A DNA stretch of 64,000 bases from Felis catus. Taxonomy: Eukaryota. Location of the stretch: positions 19,530,001 through 19,594,000 of the forward strand of contig NC_058375.1 in NCBI RefSeq assembly GCF_018350175.1, read 5' to 3'. A model generated the notes under the pieces. That model had not been told where the DNA came from. It worked only from the letters and a program-made list of their open reading frames with translations, and made no database searches. Below, one piece after another: positions 1 through 12,959 of the stretch. A program made the position numbers and the translations under genes. Every line of letters starts with the position of its first letter. Positions within the stretch are counted from its first letter, which is position 1.

Positions 1-225
1 CCTTGTGAAGTGAACAACCTGTACAACTGTGCGTGATGGCCCTACTCCAAGCACCACTACTTATATGTGACCTTGAGCAAAGTCACTTCAGCTCTCTAGG
101 CATTTCCCGCCGTTAATTCTATCCTTGGGGTTTTATCTAAGGGAAATAATTCAAAAGCAGAGAAAAGCCAAAAATGCCCAAAGATGTACTCTGAAGCATT
201 ATTTAAAATAGAAGAAAAAAATGTA

Positions 226-412
226 GGGGTCCCTGGGTGGCTCAGTCGGTTGAGCATCCGACTCTTGATATCAGCTCGGGTCATGGTTTCGCCCCACGTT
301 GGGCTCCACACTGAGCATGGGGTTTACTTGAGATTCTCTCTCCCTCTCTCTCTCCTCCTCCCCTGCTCTCTCTCTCTTTCAAAACAAATAAATAAACTTA
401 AAAAAATAAAAG
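226..412 (+). mobile_element. CanSINE (older subfamily)
   Basis: tRNA-like head TGGGTGGCTCAGTCGGTT, (CT)n, A-rich tail. Confidence 0.85.
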
Positions 413-519
413 AAAATAGAAGAAAATTTTTCAACAACAAAAATGTTGAATGTTAACCACAATAAAAGCTACTGTTTGTTTACTGAGTGTTTGAACAGGC
501 CAGGCAGCACGTGGGGGCA

Positions 520-1030
520 TGAAGAGCTGTTGTTAAGAGCACGGGTCGCAGAGCTTCAGCTCTCTTGTGATCTTGAGCCAATGACTTACCTCTTTGACCC
601 TCAGTTTCCCAATCTGTAAAATGGGGATGATGACGGCTCCTACCTCATTGGCTTTTTGCTGTTGTTAGGCAAACTTTCTATCGACTACAATCCAAATACA
701 GAAAGGTATACAAATAAATGTGCAACTCAGTGGATTTTCACAGACACACACAAATATGGTCCTGTAATCTGGGCAGTTTTGAGGATCACATGAGACAACA
801 CCTGGGGAGTGCTTAGGGTGCCAGTGATGAACGGCTAATGTCACTCGTGCTGTATTTCATTCGCATTGTGCTAAGCACTTGCCACGTATTATTTTTATTA
901 AATCCTCACGGTAACTACCTTGTAGTGGCTACAAGGCAGGCACTGATATTACCCTGATTACAAATAAGGAAACCTAGATTCGGAGAAGCTAAATATACTG
1001 GCCAACGTCACAAAGTTAATAAATGACAAA
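520..1030. mobile_element. MIR fragments (both orientations)
   Basis: MIR core-like ctcagtttcccaatctgtaaaatgggg and a reverse-orientation tacaaataaggaaacctag. Confidence 0.6.
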
Positions 1031-1274
1031 GGGGAGAGAGGAATCCAAAACCCTCCTCCCCAACCACTTGATTCCCCTGAAATAAACTAACAAGTCGACT
1101 AGTCAGTAAAAAAAAAAAAAAAAAAAAAAAAAATTGGGTAGTCAATGACCAACTCAGAAAACTGTGGTCTTCTGAATTCTTGAGTCAATTAAATATTTAT
1201 TGATAGGCTATGTGCCAGGCACTGTTGTAATCACTGGAGACACAGAGCAAGTGAGATCGAAAAGTCTCCTGGCC

Positions 1275-1508
1275 GGGGCGCCTGGGTGGCGCAGTCGGTT
1301 AAGCGTCCGACTTCAGCCAGGTCACGATCTTGCGGTCCGTGAGTTCGAGCCCCGCGTCGGGCTCTGGGCTGATGGCTCAGAGCTTGGAGCCTGTTTCCGA
1401 TTCTGTGTCTCCCTCTCTCTCTGCCCCTCCCCCGTTCATGCTCTGTCTCTCTCTGTCCCAAAAATAAATAAACGTTGAAAAAAAAAAATTAAAAAAAAAA
1501 AAAAAAAA
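1275..1508 (+). mobile_element. Young felid SINE (SINEC_Fc) inserted in an L2 remnant
   Basis: Full length with poly-A tail; 16-bp TSD gaaaagtc[t/c]cctggcc at 1259-1274 and 1509-1524. Confidence 0.92.
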
Positions 1509-1680
1509 GAAAAGTCCCCTGGCCTCACAGAGCTTACATTCTCTGTTAGGAGAAGACAGACATGAAAATTAAAATAAAGATAATTTCTGAGAGTAATAAA
1601 TACTATCAAGAGAAGAAAACAGGACAGTGGGATGGACTGAGACTTACAGTCAGGGGGGCTGCTTCAAATAAGATATAAGC

Positions 1681-1836
1681 CCTGGTGGCTCAGTCGGTTA
1701 AGCATCTGACTTCAGCTCAGGTCATGATCTTGCGGTCTGTGGGTTCGAGCCCCGCGTCGGGCTCTGTGCTGACCGCTCAGAGCCTGGAGCCTGCTTTGGA
1801 TTCTGGGTCTCCCTCTCTGCCCCTCCCCTGCTCAGG

Positions 1837-1867
<31 letters not shown>

Positions 1868-1897
1868 AAAAATAAATATAAAAAAATTAAAAAATAT
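1681..1897 (+). mobile_element. CanSINE
   Basis: SINE body, (CT)n and A tail. Confidence 0.88.
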
Positions 1898-2469
1898 ATT
1901 TAGCAGCCATTCTCAAATATCATTTTGCAAACTAAAACCTGGGAAAAGGTAACATAAAAAAGAAGAAACCACGATGATCACTATGACAGTTTTGTGCACA
2001 CCTCGTCCCAGCCTTTGCTAGACGGACGGACAAAACTGTCAGAAAAGTGAAAAAGATTTATTGAGGTGGCATGATGATGAGGCCTTTTTAATTTCTTTTT
2101 TCCTTTATGAAAAATACCTGCTTTTGTCACCTGACGGTCTACCTAATGCGTTTAAAGTTAAGAAAAAAGAAGCAGCATCCCAGGAGTCTCACACAGACCA
2201 AAGAAGACAGTTCTCAGGTTACTGGGAAGGCTAAGCACATGAGAGGGATATATCATCTTAGCAAACATGCTGTGCGATCTCAAGCAAGTTACGCTCCCTC
2301 TCTGGGCCACAATACTGAACATGCAGACTGCCTGGTACATCTGACAAAAGTGGGGTCCCTCATAGATGAAGGAAGGCACTGGCAAAACCAAGCTACATGC
2401 TATTCATGTAACACATACTTATAAGAATACTTTTTTTTTCAATCGCAAGAATAAAAAAACGGAATCAGT

Positions 2470-3630
2470 AATAAAAATCAATCCAGAGAATGAGAAAACA
2501 AGCCATGCATGGGAGGAAATATTTGCAAAAGACATGTTTGATAAAGAACCGTGACCCAACGTCTGCAAAGAACGCTTGAAAGTCAACAATAAGAAAATGA
2601 ACAACTCAATTAAAACGCGGACAGAAGATCTGAAGAGCTCACCAAAGAAGATACACGGATGGCAAATAAGCATATGAAAAGATGCTCAACGTCATATGTC
2701 ATTAGGGAATTGAAAATTAAAACAGAAATGAGATACCATGACACGTCCATTAGAACGGCCCAAGTTCAAAACACTGACATCACCAAATGCTGGCAAGGAT
2801 GTGGAGAAACAGGAACTCTCATTCATTCTGGGGGGAGGTAAAATGGCACAGCCACTTTGGAACCCAGTTTGGCAATTTCTTATAAAACTCAACATACTCT
2901 TACCAGAAGATACAGGAATCATCCTCAGTATGTGCCCAAATGAGTTGAAAACTTATGCGCACACAACAACCTGCATGTNNNNNNNNNNNNNNNNNNNNNN
3001 NNNNNNNNNNNNNNNNNNNNNNNNNNNNNNNNNNNNNNNNNNNNNNNNNNNNNNNNNNNNNNNNNNNNNNNNNNNNNNNNNNNNNNNNNNNNNNNNNNNN
3101 NNNNNNNNNNNNNNNNNNNNNNNNNNNNNNNNNNNNNNNNNNNNNNNNNNNNNNNNNNNNNNNNNNAAGACATGGAAGAAATTTAAAGGCATATTATATT
3201 ACTAAGTGAAAGAAACCAATCTGAAAAGGCTATATATTGTGTGATTCCAACCTTATGACATCCTGAAGAAGGCAATACGGAGACAGTAAAAAGTTCAGTG
3301 GTTTCCAGGGGGTTGGGGAAAGGGAGAGATGAATAAGTGAAGCATATGGAATGTTTAGGGCAGTAAAAATATTCTGTATAATACTATAATGGCAGATACA
3401 TGTCATATACATTTATAGAAACTCTTACATGCTAAGAGTGAACTGTAATGTGAGCTAAGGACTTTGGATAATAACGACATGTCAAAGTGGGTTCATTGAT
3501 TGTAAAAATGTGCCACACTGGTGCATCATGTTGATGGTGGCGGATATTGATGGGGGAGACAGGGGATATATGGGGACTGTCTGCACCTTCTGCTCAATTT
3601 TGCTGTGAATGTAAAACTGCTCTAAAAAAT
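2470..3630 (+). mobile_element. Old L1 (L1M-type) ORF2 C-terminus / 3'UTR fragment, with N run 2979-3166
   Basis: Degenerate ORF2-like peptides WEEIFAK, MANKHMKRCSTS, KCWQGCGETGTLIH, QPLW..VWQFL. Confidence 0.85.
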
Positions 3631-3638
3631 AGGTTATT

Positions 3639-4394
3639 GGGGTGCCTGGGTGGCTCAGTCAGTTAAGCATCTGACTTCGGCTCAGGTCATGATATCACGG
3701 TTCATGAGTTCCAGCCCTGCGTCTTCAGGTTCTGTGCTGACAGCTCGGAGTCTGGAGCCTACTTCAGATGCTGTGTCTCCCTCCCTCTCTATAATCCTCC
3801 CCCGTTCGCATTCCGTCTCTTTCTCTCTCTTTGTCTCTCTCTCTCTCTCTCACTTGAAATTAAATAATAAACATTGAAAACAATTTTAATAAATAAATAA
3901 TTGTTTTTAAATAGGTTATTAGGGGTGCCTGGGTGGCTCAGTCATTTAAGCATCTGGCTCTCGATTTCGGCTCAGGTCATGATCTCACCCTTAGTGGGAC
4001 CAAGCCCCACATCGGGCTCTGCTGACAGCGTGGCACCTGTTCGGGATTCTCTCTCCCTCTCTCTGCCTCTACCCTGCTCACGCTCTCTCTCTCTCTGTCT
4101 CTCTCTCTCTCAAAATAAATAAACATTAAAAAATTAAAAATAGGTTATTCATTTTTCAAAAATCAGTATAAGAGGGGCGCCTGGGTGGCTCAGTCGGTTG
4201 AGCGTCCGACTTCGGCTCAGGTCATGATCTCATGGTTCATGAGTTCAAGTCCCGCGTCAGGCTCTGGGCTGACGGCTCAGAGCCTGGAGCCTGCTTCGGA
4301 TTCTGTATCTCCCTCTCTCTGTGCCCCGTCCCTGCTCATGCTCTGTCTCTCTCTCCCTCAAGAATAAATAAACATTAAAAAAAATTTTTTTTTT
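3639..4394 (+). mobile_element. Three tandem CanSINEs (3639-3900, 3922-4137, 4174-4394)
   Basis: Three SINE heads and tails; TSDs aaataggttatt (x3) and aaatcagtataaga (x2). Confidence 0.9.
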
Positions 4395-5279
4395 AAATCA
4401 GTATAAGAAAATAAAGAAGCATTCATTGATATAATTGTTAGCTCCAGTGGGGGACTGGGAAATTCCCGGAAGATCTTTGCTCCTTGAGGTCTGCTGCCGC
4501 TCATGCAGGAAGGAACAAGAAGTCATGTATAAGATGAAGAAACTGGGCTCCCAACAGCCTCTCTTCACCGCACACTTACTGCGCACTGAGCCCCGTGCTC
4601 CACATGAATCATTCCATTTGTTCTTTCCACAGCCGAGTGAAAATGTTTCTATGGTGCGAAAGGGTTGAAAATGATCATTCCCAGGGAACAGGAGGAAACT
4701 GAGGCTGGGGCGCATCCATCTGCCCCGACACCCAGCTGTGTATGGGAGGCTGTGCTCTAAGTCAGGAGGAGAGATTGGGAGCTCCGGGGGCTCTCTCCGC
4801 CCTCACGTTCCACACTGCCATGAGCTGGTTTGTCTTTTCTGGAGGCGCAAGTGGGGGCCCTGCTCACTCGGGACATTGGATTCCTGGAAGGACAGTGCTG
4901 TGCCCTTAGGGGACTGAGAGTCTGACTGCCTGCAGCTCAGCTTCAGGCAGGAATTTCACACCTTCCCAGACCCTAGACCACAGGTGGAGGGTGTCTGGGG
5001 GACAGGCCAAGTCGGCCTGCGAGGCTGGGAAGGGTTGTTCCCACAGAGAAAGGGCTCCTTCTCCAGTCCTCAGCCACCTGTTCCCCAGACCCGCCCTCTC
5101 CACCTCTGTACCTCCTCTTTGGAACGCTAAATCTACGGACTGGTGGGGCTGGCTGGGTATTAATAGCTGGAGTCTGACGTTGGTGCTGATTAGAAAGGCA
5201 TCCTGGCAGCCAAGACCTCTGAATGCCTTTCAGCCCATCTCTCCAAGCCTCCCATGACCCTGAAGAGGATGAGGGTGGC

Positions 5280-5281
<2 letters not shown>

Positions 5282-5323
<42 letters not shown>
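5282..5323. repeat. (GAT)14 microsatellite next to a MIR remnant
   Basis: Perfect trinucleotide repeat. Confidence 0.95.
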
Positions 5324-6199
5324 AATGACATACCAGTTACCCTGCTTTGAGGGCCACAGTGCCAAATGCATCACCCACACTGTTGCGTTCAATCCCTACC
5401 TGTACTTTTTAGTACCTCCGCTTAATAGACAGAGAAATTGAGGCTGGTGAGAGGTCAAGTAAGTTGCCCCAGGCCTCACAGCAGGGAGCAGCCAGGCAGG
5501 GACTCAAAACTGTCTGCCAACAGCAGCAAGCGCTCCTGTGGGTGACAGAGCCAAAGACGTGTGTCCTGCTCGAGTCCCGGTAAACACGGTGGCCCAGTCC
5601 CCTTAACCTCCAGGAGCAGAGCTGACTCGTACCAGGGATGGGAGGGGATGAGCTTCCAGGCAGGACAGGGCCTGTTCGTCCGAGGGGCAGGGCCAGAGCC
5701 AGCCTGGGAGAGGAGGTGCTCTCCCCGGGCTTCTGGTGTGGGGAGGCGGGTGACAGGGAAACCAGGCCTGTGATTACCCCTCTGCTCACCTCTTCTCTTG
5801 CGGTTCTGGTTCTCCCTCCCTCACACATCTCTTCACTCCTTTGAGGTGTTTGACTATTTGGGAGAGACAGTCAATCACAGGGACAGGAAAGCAAAGAGGC
5901 CCATTTGTCCCTGGGCTCGTAGTCACAAAGGCCTCAAATCTAGGCGCCTGGCATTAGCTTTCGAGGGGCGGCGTGGCACAGTGGTCGCTTAACCACTTAC
6001 CGCCAGACTGCTGGGCCTCCCTTCCAGGTCTGCCATTTAGGGCTGTGTAGCTTCGGTAAGGTTCTTGAACTGCTCTGTGCCTCTTTTCCCCTGTCTGTAA
6101 AACAGGGAGAAACGCCCACGTCCATAGGGTTGTTGTGAAAATCAACCTAGTTAATAAAAGTAAAGGGTACATTTCTGCAAGCTTAAAAAGCCTGGCACA

Positions 6200-6433
6200 G
6201 GGGCGCCTCGGTGGCTCAGTCGGTTAAGCGGCCGACTTCGGCTCAGGTCATGATCTCGCGGTCCGTGAGTTCGAGCCCCGCGTCGGGCTCTGTGCTGACA
6301 GCTCGGAGCCTGGAGCCTGTTTCAGATTCTGTGTCTCCCTCTCTCTGACCCTCCCCTGTTCATGCTCTGTCTCTCCCTCTCTCAAAAATAAATAAAACGT
6401 TAAAAAAAAAAATTAAAAAAAAAAAAAAAAAAA
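6200..6433 (+). mobile_element. Felid SINE inserted in a MIR
   Basis: Full length; TSD aaaaagcctggcacag on both sides. Confidence 0.92.
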
Positions 6434-8079
6434 GCCTGGCACAGAATAAGCGCTCAATCAGTGTTACACTCCATCATCGGCTATTTCCAAGCGATGTTCC
6501 GTGCAGAATAACAGAAGGGAAAGGAGACGTTCATCAAGGAAACTTTAAAAACTCCTCTCCCATACTGCACCATTCAACACAACCACATTTACTCCATTTC
6601 CTTCCAATTATTCTCCTGTCCATCATTTTTACAACTCGACAGTCACAGCGTACTGAAAAGCCGCGCAGCCTTGGGACTTGTTTTTCATTTAACGTGTTAT
6701 CCCAAACGTTTTCTATAATCGTCGAATAGGATGGAACTGAGGGCCTGGTCCGTGCTGAGCGTGGCTCTGGGCTCTGGGCACATGGCCACCAGCGGGAACA
6801 GACAAAGCCAGTCCCTCTAGGAGCTTACACTCTAGCGGGCATTGCCTTCAGAACTCATTCTTTTCCATCGGGGTCTCATCACACAAACAGAGAACACAAA
6901 CAGGAAGTGCCGAGTTCAAGGAATTTTTACATATGTACTCATCCACGTCACCATCACCCAGGTTAAGATCCAGAACATTTCCATCACCCCAGAAGACTCC
7001 TTCACCTTCCCCATCAATAACCACCCCACTTCCACAAAGATTAGTCTCACCTGTTTAAGAAGAGGACCTACTCTTTTGGGAATGCCTACTTTCTAATGGC
7101 TGCAGAATATCCCATCCTATCGATATATCGTTGGACACATTTTTTGCTTTCAGTTTCTCACTGTTCTCAATAATGCTACAGGGACTGTCGCATTTTCAAT
7201 TACCTCCTTAGCCTAGACTCTCAGAAATGGGATTGATTTTTGAAAGGGTACTTACTAAACATTGACAGGTTGCTTCCCTAGAATGTTGTAGGGTCCCACC
7301 AGCAGTGGGAGGAGCAAGCTACAACCACACAGCATAACCAGAGTGCAGCTCAGGCACCTGCCTTCTTGGCTAGAATCGCCTAGAACTTTAAGAATTCCCG
7401 GCATATAATACAGTGCCACAGAGGTCTGACGGGCATGAGAAAGGCTCACTAGGCAGCATCTCTCTTGGTCCTGAGTTTGGGGCTGAGCTTTACCACATCA
7501 TCTTTCACCCATGGATTAACAAAAACCAAGCGGCAGAGGCAGATTCAATCACTAAAGCAGATATCAATCTAGGAATTTACCAAGATACATTGAACAGTCA
7601 GGGAAACAAGAATGTGCATACCGGCGTGCCCTCTCTCTGTTAGAAGGCCACAGGGAAAGCCAGCTTATGAGAAAGTTTCTCGGTGGCTCAGTCTGTGTTC
7701 CCCAGAAGGTAGGGCTGGTGAGAAGGAAGCTCTGACATGTGAGGAGAGGACATCTTATCTTCAGCTCAGCGGACTCCCTCAGATCTGGGTCCTTAAGGAA
7801 AACTGAGGTCAGCCCCACACTCTTTGACAATTCCTCCTTCTCATGCCAAATTTCCAAACCCCAGATCCCGTACAATCTCCCACCTGCCCTTCAGTCTAAT
7901 TGTCCCCTCTTTCCTGGTCACAGCCTCATCTACGCCACCACCCATCGCCTCTGGCCTAGACCTTTGCAGCCAACTTCCCGCCGTTCCTCCCGCCACCCTT
8001 GGTCCAACCTCCACCTGGCAGCTAAGTGATCTTTTAAACTGCAAATCTGATCATGTTTAAAATCTCTACTTAAACCCCG

Positions 8080-8625
8080 TCGGTGATGGAAGGATGAACG
8101 GGTAAGCAAAATGTGGTGTGTACATACAATGGAAGATTATTCAGCCTTAACACGAAGACATGCTGATGCCTGATGCATGAATTGAAGGCATTATGCTAAG
8201 AGAAAGAAGGCAGACACAAAAGGACAAATACTCTTACATATCATACAGTGCTTTTATGACTTACCTGGAATAGGCAAGTTCATAGAGACAGAAAATAGGA
8301 TGGCAGTTGCCAGAGGCTGAGAAGGAGAGGGGATGGGGAGTTAGTGCTTAACGGGGACAGAGGTTCAGTTTCGGAAGACGAAGGAGTTCTGGAGATGGAT
8401 GGTGATGGCTGTGCCACACTGTGAATGTACTTAACACTGAACTGTACCCTTAAAAATGATCAAGTTTGGGGCACCTGGCTGGCTCATTCAGTGGAGCATG
8501 TGACTCTTGATCTCAGGGTCGTCAGTTCAAGCCCCATGCTGGATGTGGAGACTTACTTAAGGTTAAAAAAAAAAAAAAAAGTCAACTTTATGTTATATAT
8601 ATTTTACCACAATTTTAAAAAACAA
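8080..8625 (+). mobile_element. L1M 3' end fragment interrupted by a short CanSINE (8468-8580)
   Basis: Typical L1M 3'UTR motifs (aatgtggtgtgtacatacaatggaa; tgttatatatattttaccacaat). Confidence 0.75.
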
Positions 8626-8764
8626 CTTCGATGACTCACTTTTATCTCAAGATCCATAACAGGGTCTACCGGACCCTGCAGGATCTGGCTCCTGCCTCAT
8701 GTTGGACGTTTAAGGCTGATCAGCACACCTCTGCCCCCTTCAGCTGGGGTTGGGCCCTATTAAG

Positions 8765-9960
8765 AAACAGGAACAGGAACCCACAAACGTATGGCCAACT
8801 AATCTTTGACAAAGCAGGAAAGAATATCAGTGGAATAAAGACAGTCTCTTCAGCAAGTGGTGCTGGGAAAACTGGACAGCGACACACAGAAAAATGAACC
8901 TGGACCACTCTCTTACACCATACACAAAAAGAAACTCAAAATGGATGAAAGACCTAAACGTAAGACAGGAAGCCATCAAAATCCCAGAGGAGAAAGCAGG
9001 CAAAAACCTCTTTGACCTCAGCCACAGCAACTTCTTACTCCACACGTCTCCAGAGGCAAGGGAAACAAAAGCAAAAATGAACTATCGGGACTTCATCAAA
9101 ATAAAAAGCTTCTGCACAGTGAAGGAAGCAATCAACAAAACCAAAAGGCAACCAATGGAATGGGAGAAGATATTTGCAAATGACATCTCAGATAAAGGGT
9201 TAGTATCCAAAATCTATAAAGAACTTAGCAAACTCAACACCCCAAAAAACAAATAATCCAGTGAAGAAATCGACAAAAGACATGAACAGACACTTCTCCA
9301 AAGACATCCAGATGGCCAACCGACACATGAAAAAATGTTCAACCTCACTCATCATCAGGGAAACATAAATCAAAGCCACAATGAGATAACACCTCACACC
9401 TGTCAGAACAGCTAACATGAACAATTCAGGCAACAGCAGATGTTGGCGAGGAGGGAGAGAAAGAGGATCTCCTTTGCGTTGTTGGTGGGAATGCAAACTG
9501 GTGCAGCCACTTTGGAAAACAGTATGGAGGTTCCTCAAAAAATTAAAAATAGAACTACCCTGTGACCCAGCAATTGCACTACTAGGCATTTATCCAAGGG
9601 AAACAGTTGTGCTGTGTCGAAGGGGCACATGCACCCCCATGTTTATAGCAGCACTATCAACAATAGCCAAAGTATGGAAAGAGCCCAAACGTCCATCGAT
9701 GGATGAATGGATAAAGAAGATGTGGTATATATATACAATGGAGTATTATTCGGCAACCAAAAAGAATGAAATCTTGCCATTTGCAACTACGTGGATGGAA
9801 CTGGAGGGTATCAGGCTAAGCGAAACTAGTCAGTCAGAGAAAGACAAATATCATATGACTTCACTCATATGAGAAATTTAAGATACAAAACAGAAGAACA
9901 TAAGGAAAGGAAAGCAAAAGTAATATAAAAACAGAGCAGGACAAAACACAAAAGACTCTT
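8765..9960 (+). mobile_element. Carnivore L1, 5'-truncated (ORF2 C-terminal region plus start of 3'UTR)
   Basis: ORF2 peptides [60 protein letters not shown], with frameshifts and stops. Confidence 0.93.
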
Positions 9961-9964
9961 TTTC

Positions 9965-10170
9965 AAAAAATTTTAAATGTTTGATTTTTGAGAGAGACAG
10001 AGTGTGAGCAGGGGAGGGGCAGAAAGAAAGGGAGACACAGAATCCGAAGCAGGCTCCAGGTTCTGAGCTGTCAGCACAGAGCCCAACGAGAGGCTTGAAC
10101 TCACCAACCATGAGATCATAACTTGAGCTCAAGTCGGATGCTTAACCGACTGAGCCACCCAGGTGCCCCC
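9965..10170 (-). mobile_element. CanSINE
   Basis: Reverse-complement SINE ending gagccacccaggtgcccc. Confidence 0.9.
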
Positions 10171-10450
10171 TTGAATCTCAATTTAAATGTCACTTCTTGT
10201 TTAAAGCTTTCCCTGACCTTGTATCCCTTTCACGTAAGAACAATTTCGGGTCTCTCCTCTGGGCTCATGTAACCCCCTGTGGCACTAAATGACATTGTAC
10301 TGTCTTCGGTTGTTTAGGCGTCTGTCACCCTGGCTAGGCTATGAGGGCAGGGACCTTGTCTTCTTGTTTACTGCCTTTTCACCACCATCTAGCATAATTT
10401 CTTGCACATAGTAGTTGCTCACTAAATAGCTGTTGACTTAATGGATGAAT
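10171..10450 (+). mobile_element. L2 3' end remnant
   Basis: tgagggcagggaccttgtc...gcacatagtagttgctc...tggatgaat. Confidence 0.65.
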
Positions 10451-10549
10451 AAAGTGCCCACCATGTGCCAGGCACAGATTAACTCTTTGGGAGGAGTTTG
10501 TGAAGTGATATTTGCTAACTGCCCCCACCAGTAAATAAGCCCTATTCTC

Positions 10550-10925
10550 CAGGACACAGAGCTTGATCAAGGAAGGCCCACAATCCTTAGTGAGCCAATC
10601 AGATCCAAAGACTCAGGACTCAATCTCAGGACTGTTGTTGAGGAATGGAGTGGCTGACTTTCTCTTTCCTGCAGGGGCAAACTCCTGAGGCTGAACCCCT
10701 GGGACTGCTGCCTACCACCTGGGCCCATCAGAGAAGCCGGCCTTAAGATGTTGTCGGCAAAGTGGGAGGCAGAATACAGAAAGCTGAGTCTCTGGTGCTA
10801 TGTGAGCTGCTGGATCAAACCTTTCCTGCAACTGGTATTCCCATCTCAGTTCCTCTCAGGCACACCTGCCAACTATTCCTTTTCAGTCAGTTTGATTGGG
10901 TTTCTGCCCTTGTAACACACAACTT
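10550..10925. mobile_element. MaLR (MLT1-like) solo LTR remnant
   Basis: agccaatcag...gagctgctggatcaaacc...cagtttgattgggtttctg...ttgtaac. Confidence 0.5.
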
Positions 10926-11769
10926 CCAGAAAGGCCAGGGGCAGCCAAAGCTCCAACATCTTAGTATCTGCTGAGGAGCTGAATGAATCCTCAGTTTGAG
11001 ATGCTCTTGGGACCTTGTCTTGTGGCCCTCCTCAACCATATTGGCTATCAGATGGGGACACCGCCTAGCAGCAGCTCTTGGCACCAAGGACAGGGGATGG
11101 GGAGGTTGGTCTTAACTACTAGCTGCTCCACTGTTCTCAGTCCTCACTGAGGAGACAACTAGGACCCATCCAAAGACAAAACAGCTGAAGTTGTGCCTGG
11201 CCCACGACCTTCTTGGTACCCTAAATCACTTGTTTGGGGGCTGGATCAGAAATAACCATTTCAATCTGCTTGGTGGAGGTGTAGAACTAAAGAATCAGAT
11301 GTCAGAGCTGGAAAGATCTGTAGAGATGAGCTGGTCCCCTCATCATGTATAATGAAGAAACTGAGGCACGGAACAGGGAGACTTGTTCAAGGTCACAAAG
11401 CGTGTTAGTGCCAGAGCTGGCACTCTCCTTAAAGGAGTTTCTCCATCAGCCTCCCCCTGCAGAGATGTGGCTGGGAAGGAGAGGGGAGAGAACATAGATG
11501 GGGATTCTCCCTGCTATGGGGAGATAGGAGCTGTTCCCCAAACAGTCACTAGTAGGCCTGGTTAGTCGTCCTTAATAATTTAGTAGTATGTTGATAACAC
11601 CTTGTGACTAGCCTAGGGTGAGATGAGTTCAGAGAGTACCATGTCTCTGATAAAGCATCAGTCATGCCTCCAGAATTTCTGCAGAGGAGGAATTTAGGGC
11701 CAGCAGCCTGGTGGGAAAGGAGACTGAGCCTTGCCCTGAAGCTGCATTTGCATAGTTGGTCTACTGCTG

Positions 11770-11970
11770 TTACTGATTTCCACACTATTGACATTTTAAG
11801 CAGGATCATTCTTTGCAGTGGGTGACTCTCTTGTGCATTGTAGCAGCATCCTCAGTCTCTACCTACTGGATGTCAGCAGCACCCACCCTCCCAGTGTGAT
11901 AACCAAAATGTCTCCAGACATTCTGCCAAATGGCCCTGAAAGGCAAGCTGACCCATTTGAGATCCATTGT
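11770..11970. mobile_element. MER20-like hAT-Charlie DNA transposon
   Basis: actattgacatttt...gtgcattgtag...ctctacctactggatgtcagcagcacc...aaccaaaatgtctccagacatt. Confidence 0.7.
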
Positions 11971-12900
11971 ATGATCTTAATTGTATGTTTAACTGGCTGA
12001 GAGGGCATGAGGAGATTCTTCTAAAAGAAGACAAGAGATAAAAATAGGAGCCACCCTCTCCTATAAGGAAAAAAAAAAAAAGTTATCAGAGGGCTGGTCA
12101 GCTCTAGGCAGAACTGTGAACTTTGACCTTACCATGCAAGCTTCCTTTCTTGACCATTTTCTTCTCTTTCATGGCTCCCATTCCTACATAGAAAAAAAAA
12201 AACTATCCATGAAAAAATTAATATTTCTATCCATGCTAAAAGTGAGACAAGCAGGATACTATAGTTAAAATAGTTGAACTTCAAAACACAATCGTTATAC
12301 TCTTCAGATGTGAGCGTTCCACTGTATGCAAACTATATCTCAAAAAATTAATTAAGAAACACATGGGCATTGTAGTCAGACCAGGGTTCAAGTCCCAATT
12401 CAGATATTTCCTAGCTGTGTGACTCTGTCTTCTTAGAACCACTGCTTCCTCGGTTGTAAAAGTGTCCTGTTTGCACAGTGCTGGCACAGGGAGGAATATG
12501 AATATTACCTATTTTATTTACATTTATAGTACCTATTTATATTTATCTGTATTTTACAGGCAAAATTGCTCCCCAGTGATTTGCTTCCTATGGACCTATC
12601 GTAATTAGGGGCATCTCCACCTGCCTCTTTGCATGGGACCCCTTTGTTCAGATAGGAAAAGTAAAGTCTGGAATCACAGCAATTTATAGGACTTGGACCT
12701 GGAGTCTTGGGTCCACCAATGACTTCCTAGGAACTTAAGTTACTGAGTTCCTCTGAGTCTCCCTTTTCTCAGCTTAGAAATGGTGTACTAATACTACTCA
12801 TTTCCCAGGGTTCTTGTGAGATTTTACAACGTGGCTCTAGACCCCTCTGGGAATTCACACCTGCCTTAAAGGCTGGGGCACCAGCTGTACTAATAGAACC

Positions 12901-12916
12901 TGCCACAAGGGGGCAG
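12901..12916 (+). promoter_or_regulatory. CTCF-like motif
   Basis: TGCCACAAGGGGGCAG resembles the CTCF core CCASYAGRKGGCR. Confidence 0.45.
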
Positions 12917-12959
12917 GATTGCTACATCCAAGTTCCCACCTGTCTAAAACCGTCATTTA

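Noticed and set aside
226-300. tRNA-like A/B box sequences
   Set aside because: These are heads of tRNA-derived SINEs followed by (CT)n and poly-A, not tRNA genes.
1200-1478. Recurring 60-100 aa ORFs such as MAQSVK..., MGQRETEHERGRG... here and throughout the window
   Set aside because: They are translations of CanSINE sequence.
3627-4408. Regularly recurring short direct repeats resembling a CRISPR-type array
   Set aside because: They are target-site duplications around SINEs in a mammalian genome.
5223-5441. Poly-Met ORF (and poly-Ile on the other strand)
   Set aside because: Produced by the (GAT)n microsatellite.
8827-9872. 120-151 aa ORFs
   Set aside because: Broken L1 ORF2 fragments, not host genes; the element is 5'-truncated and inactive.
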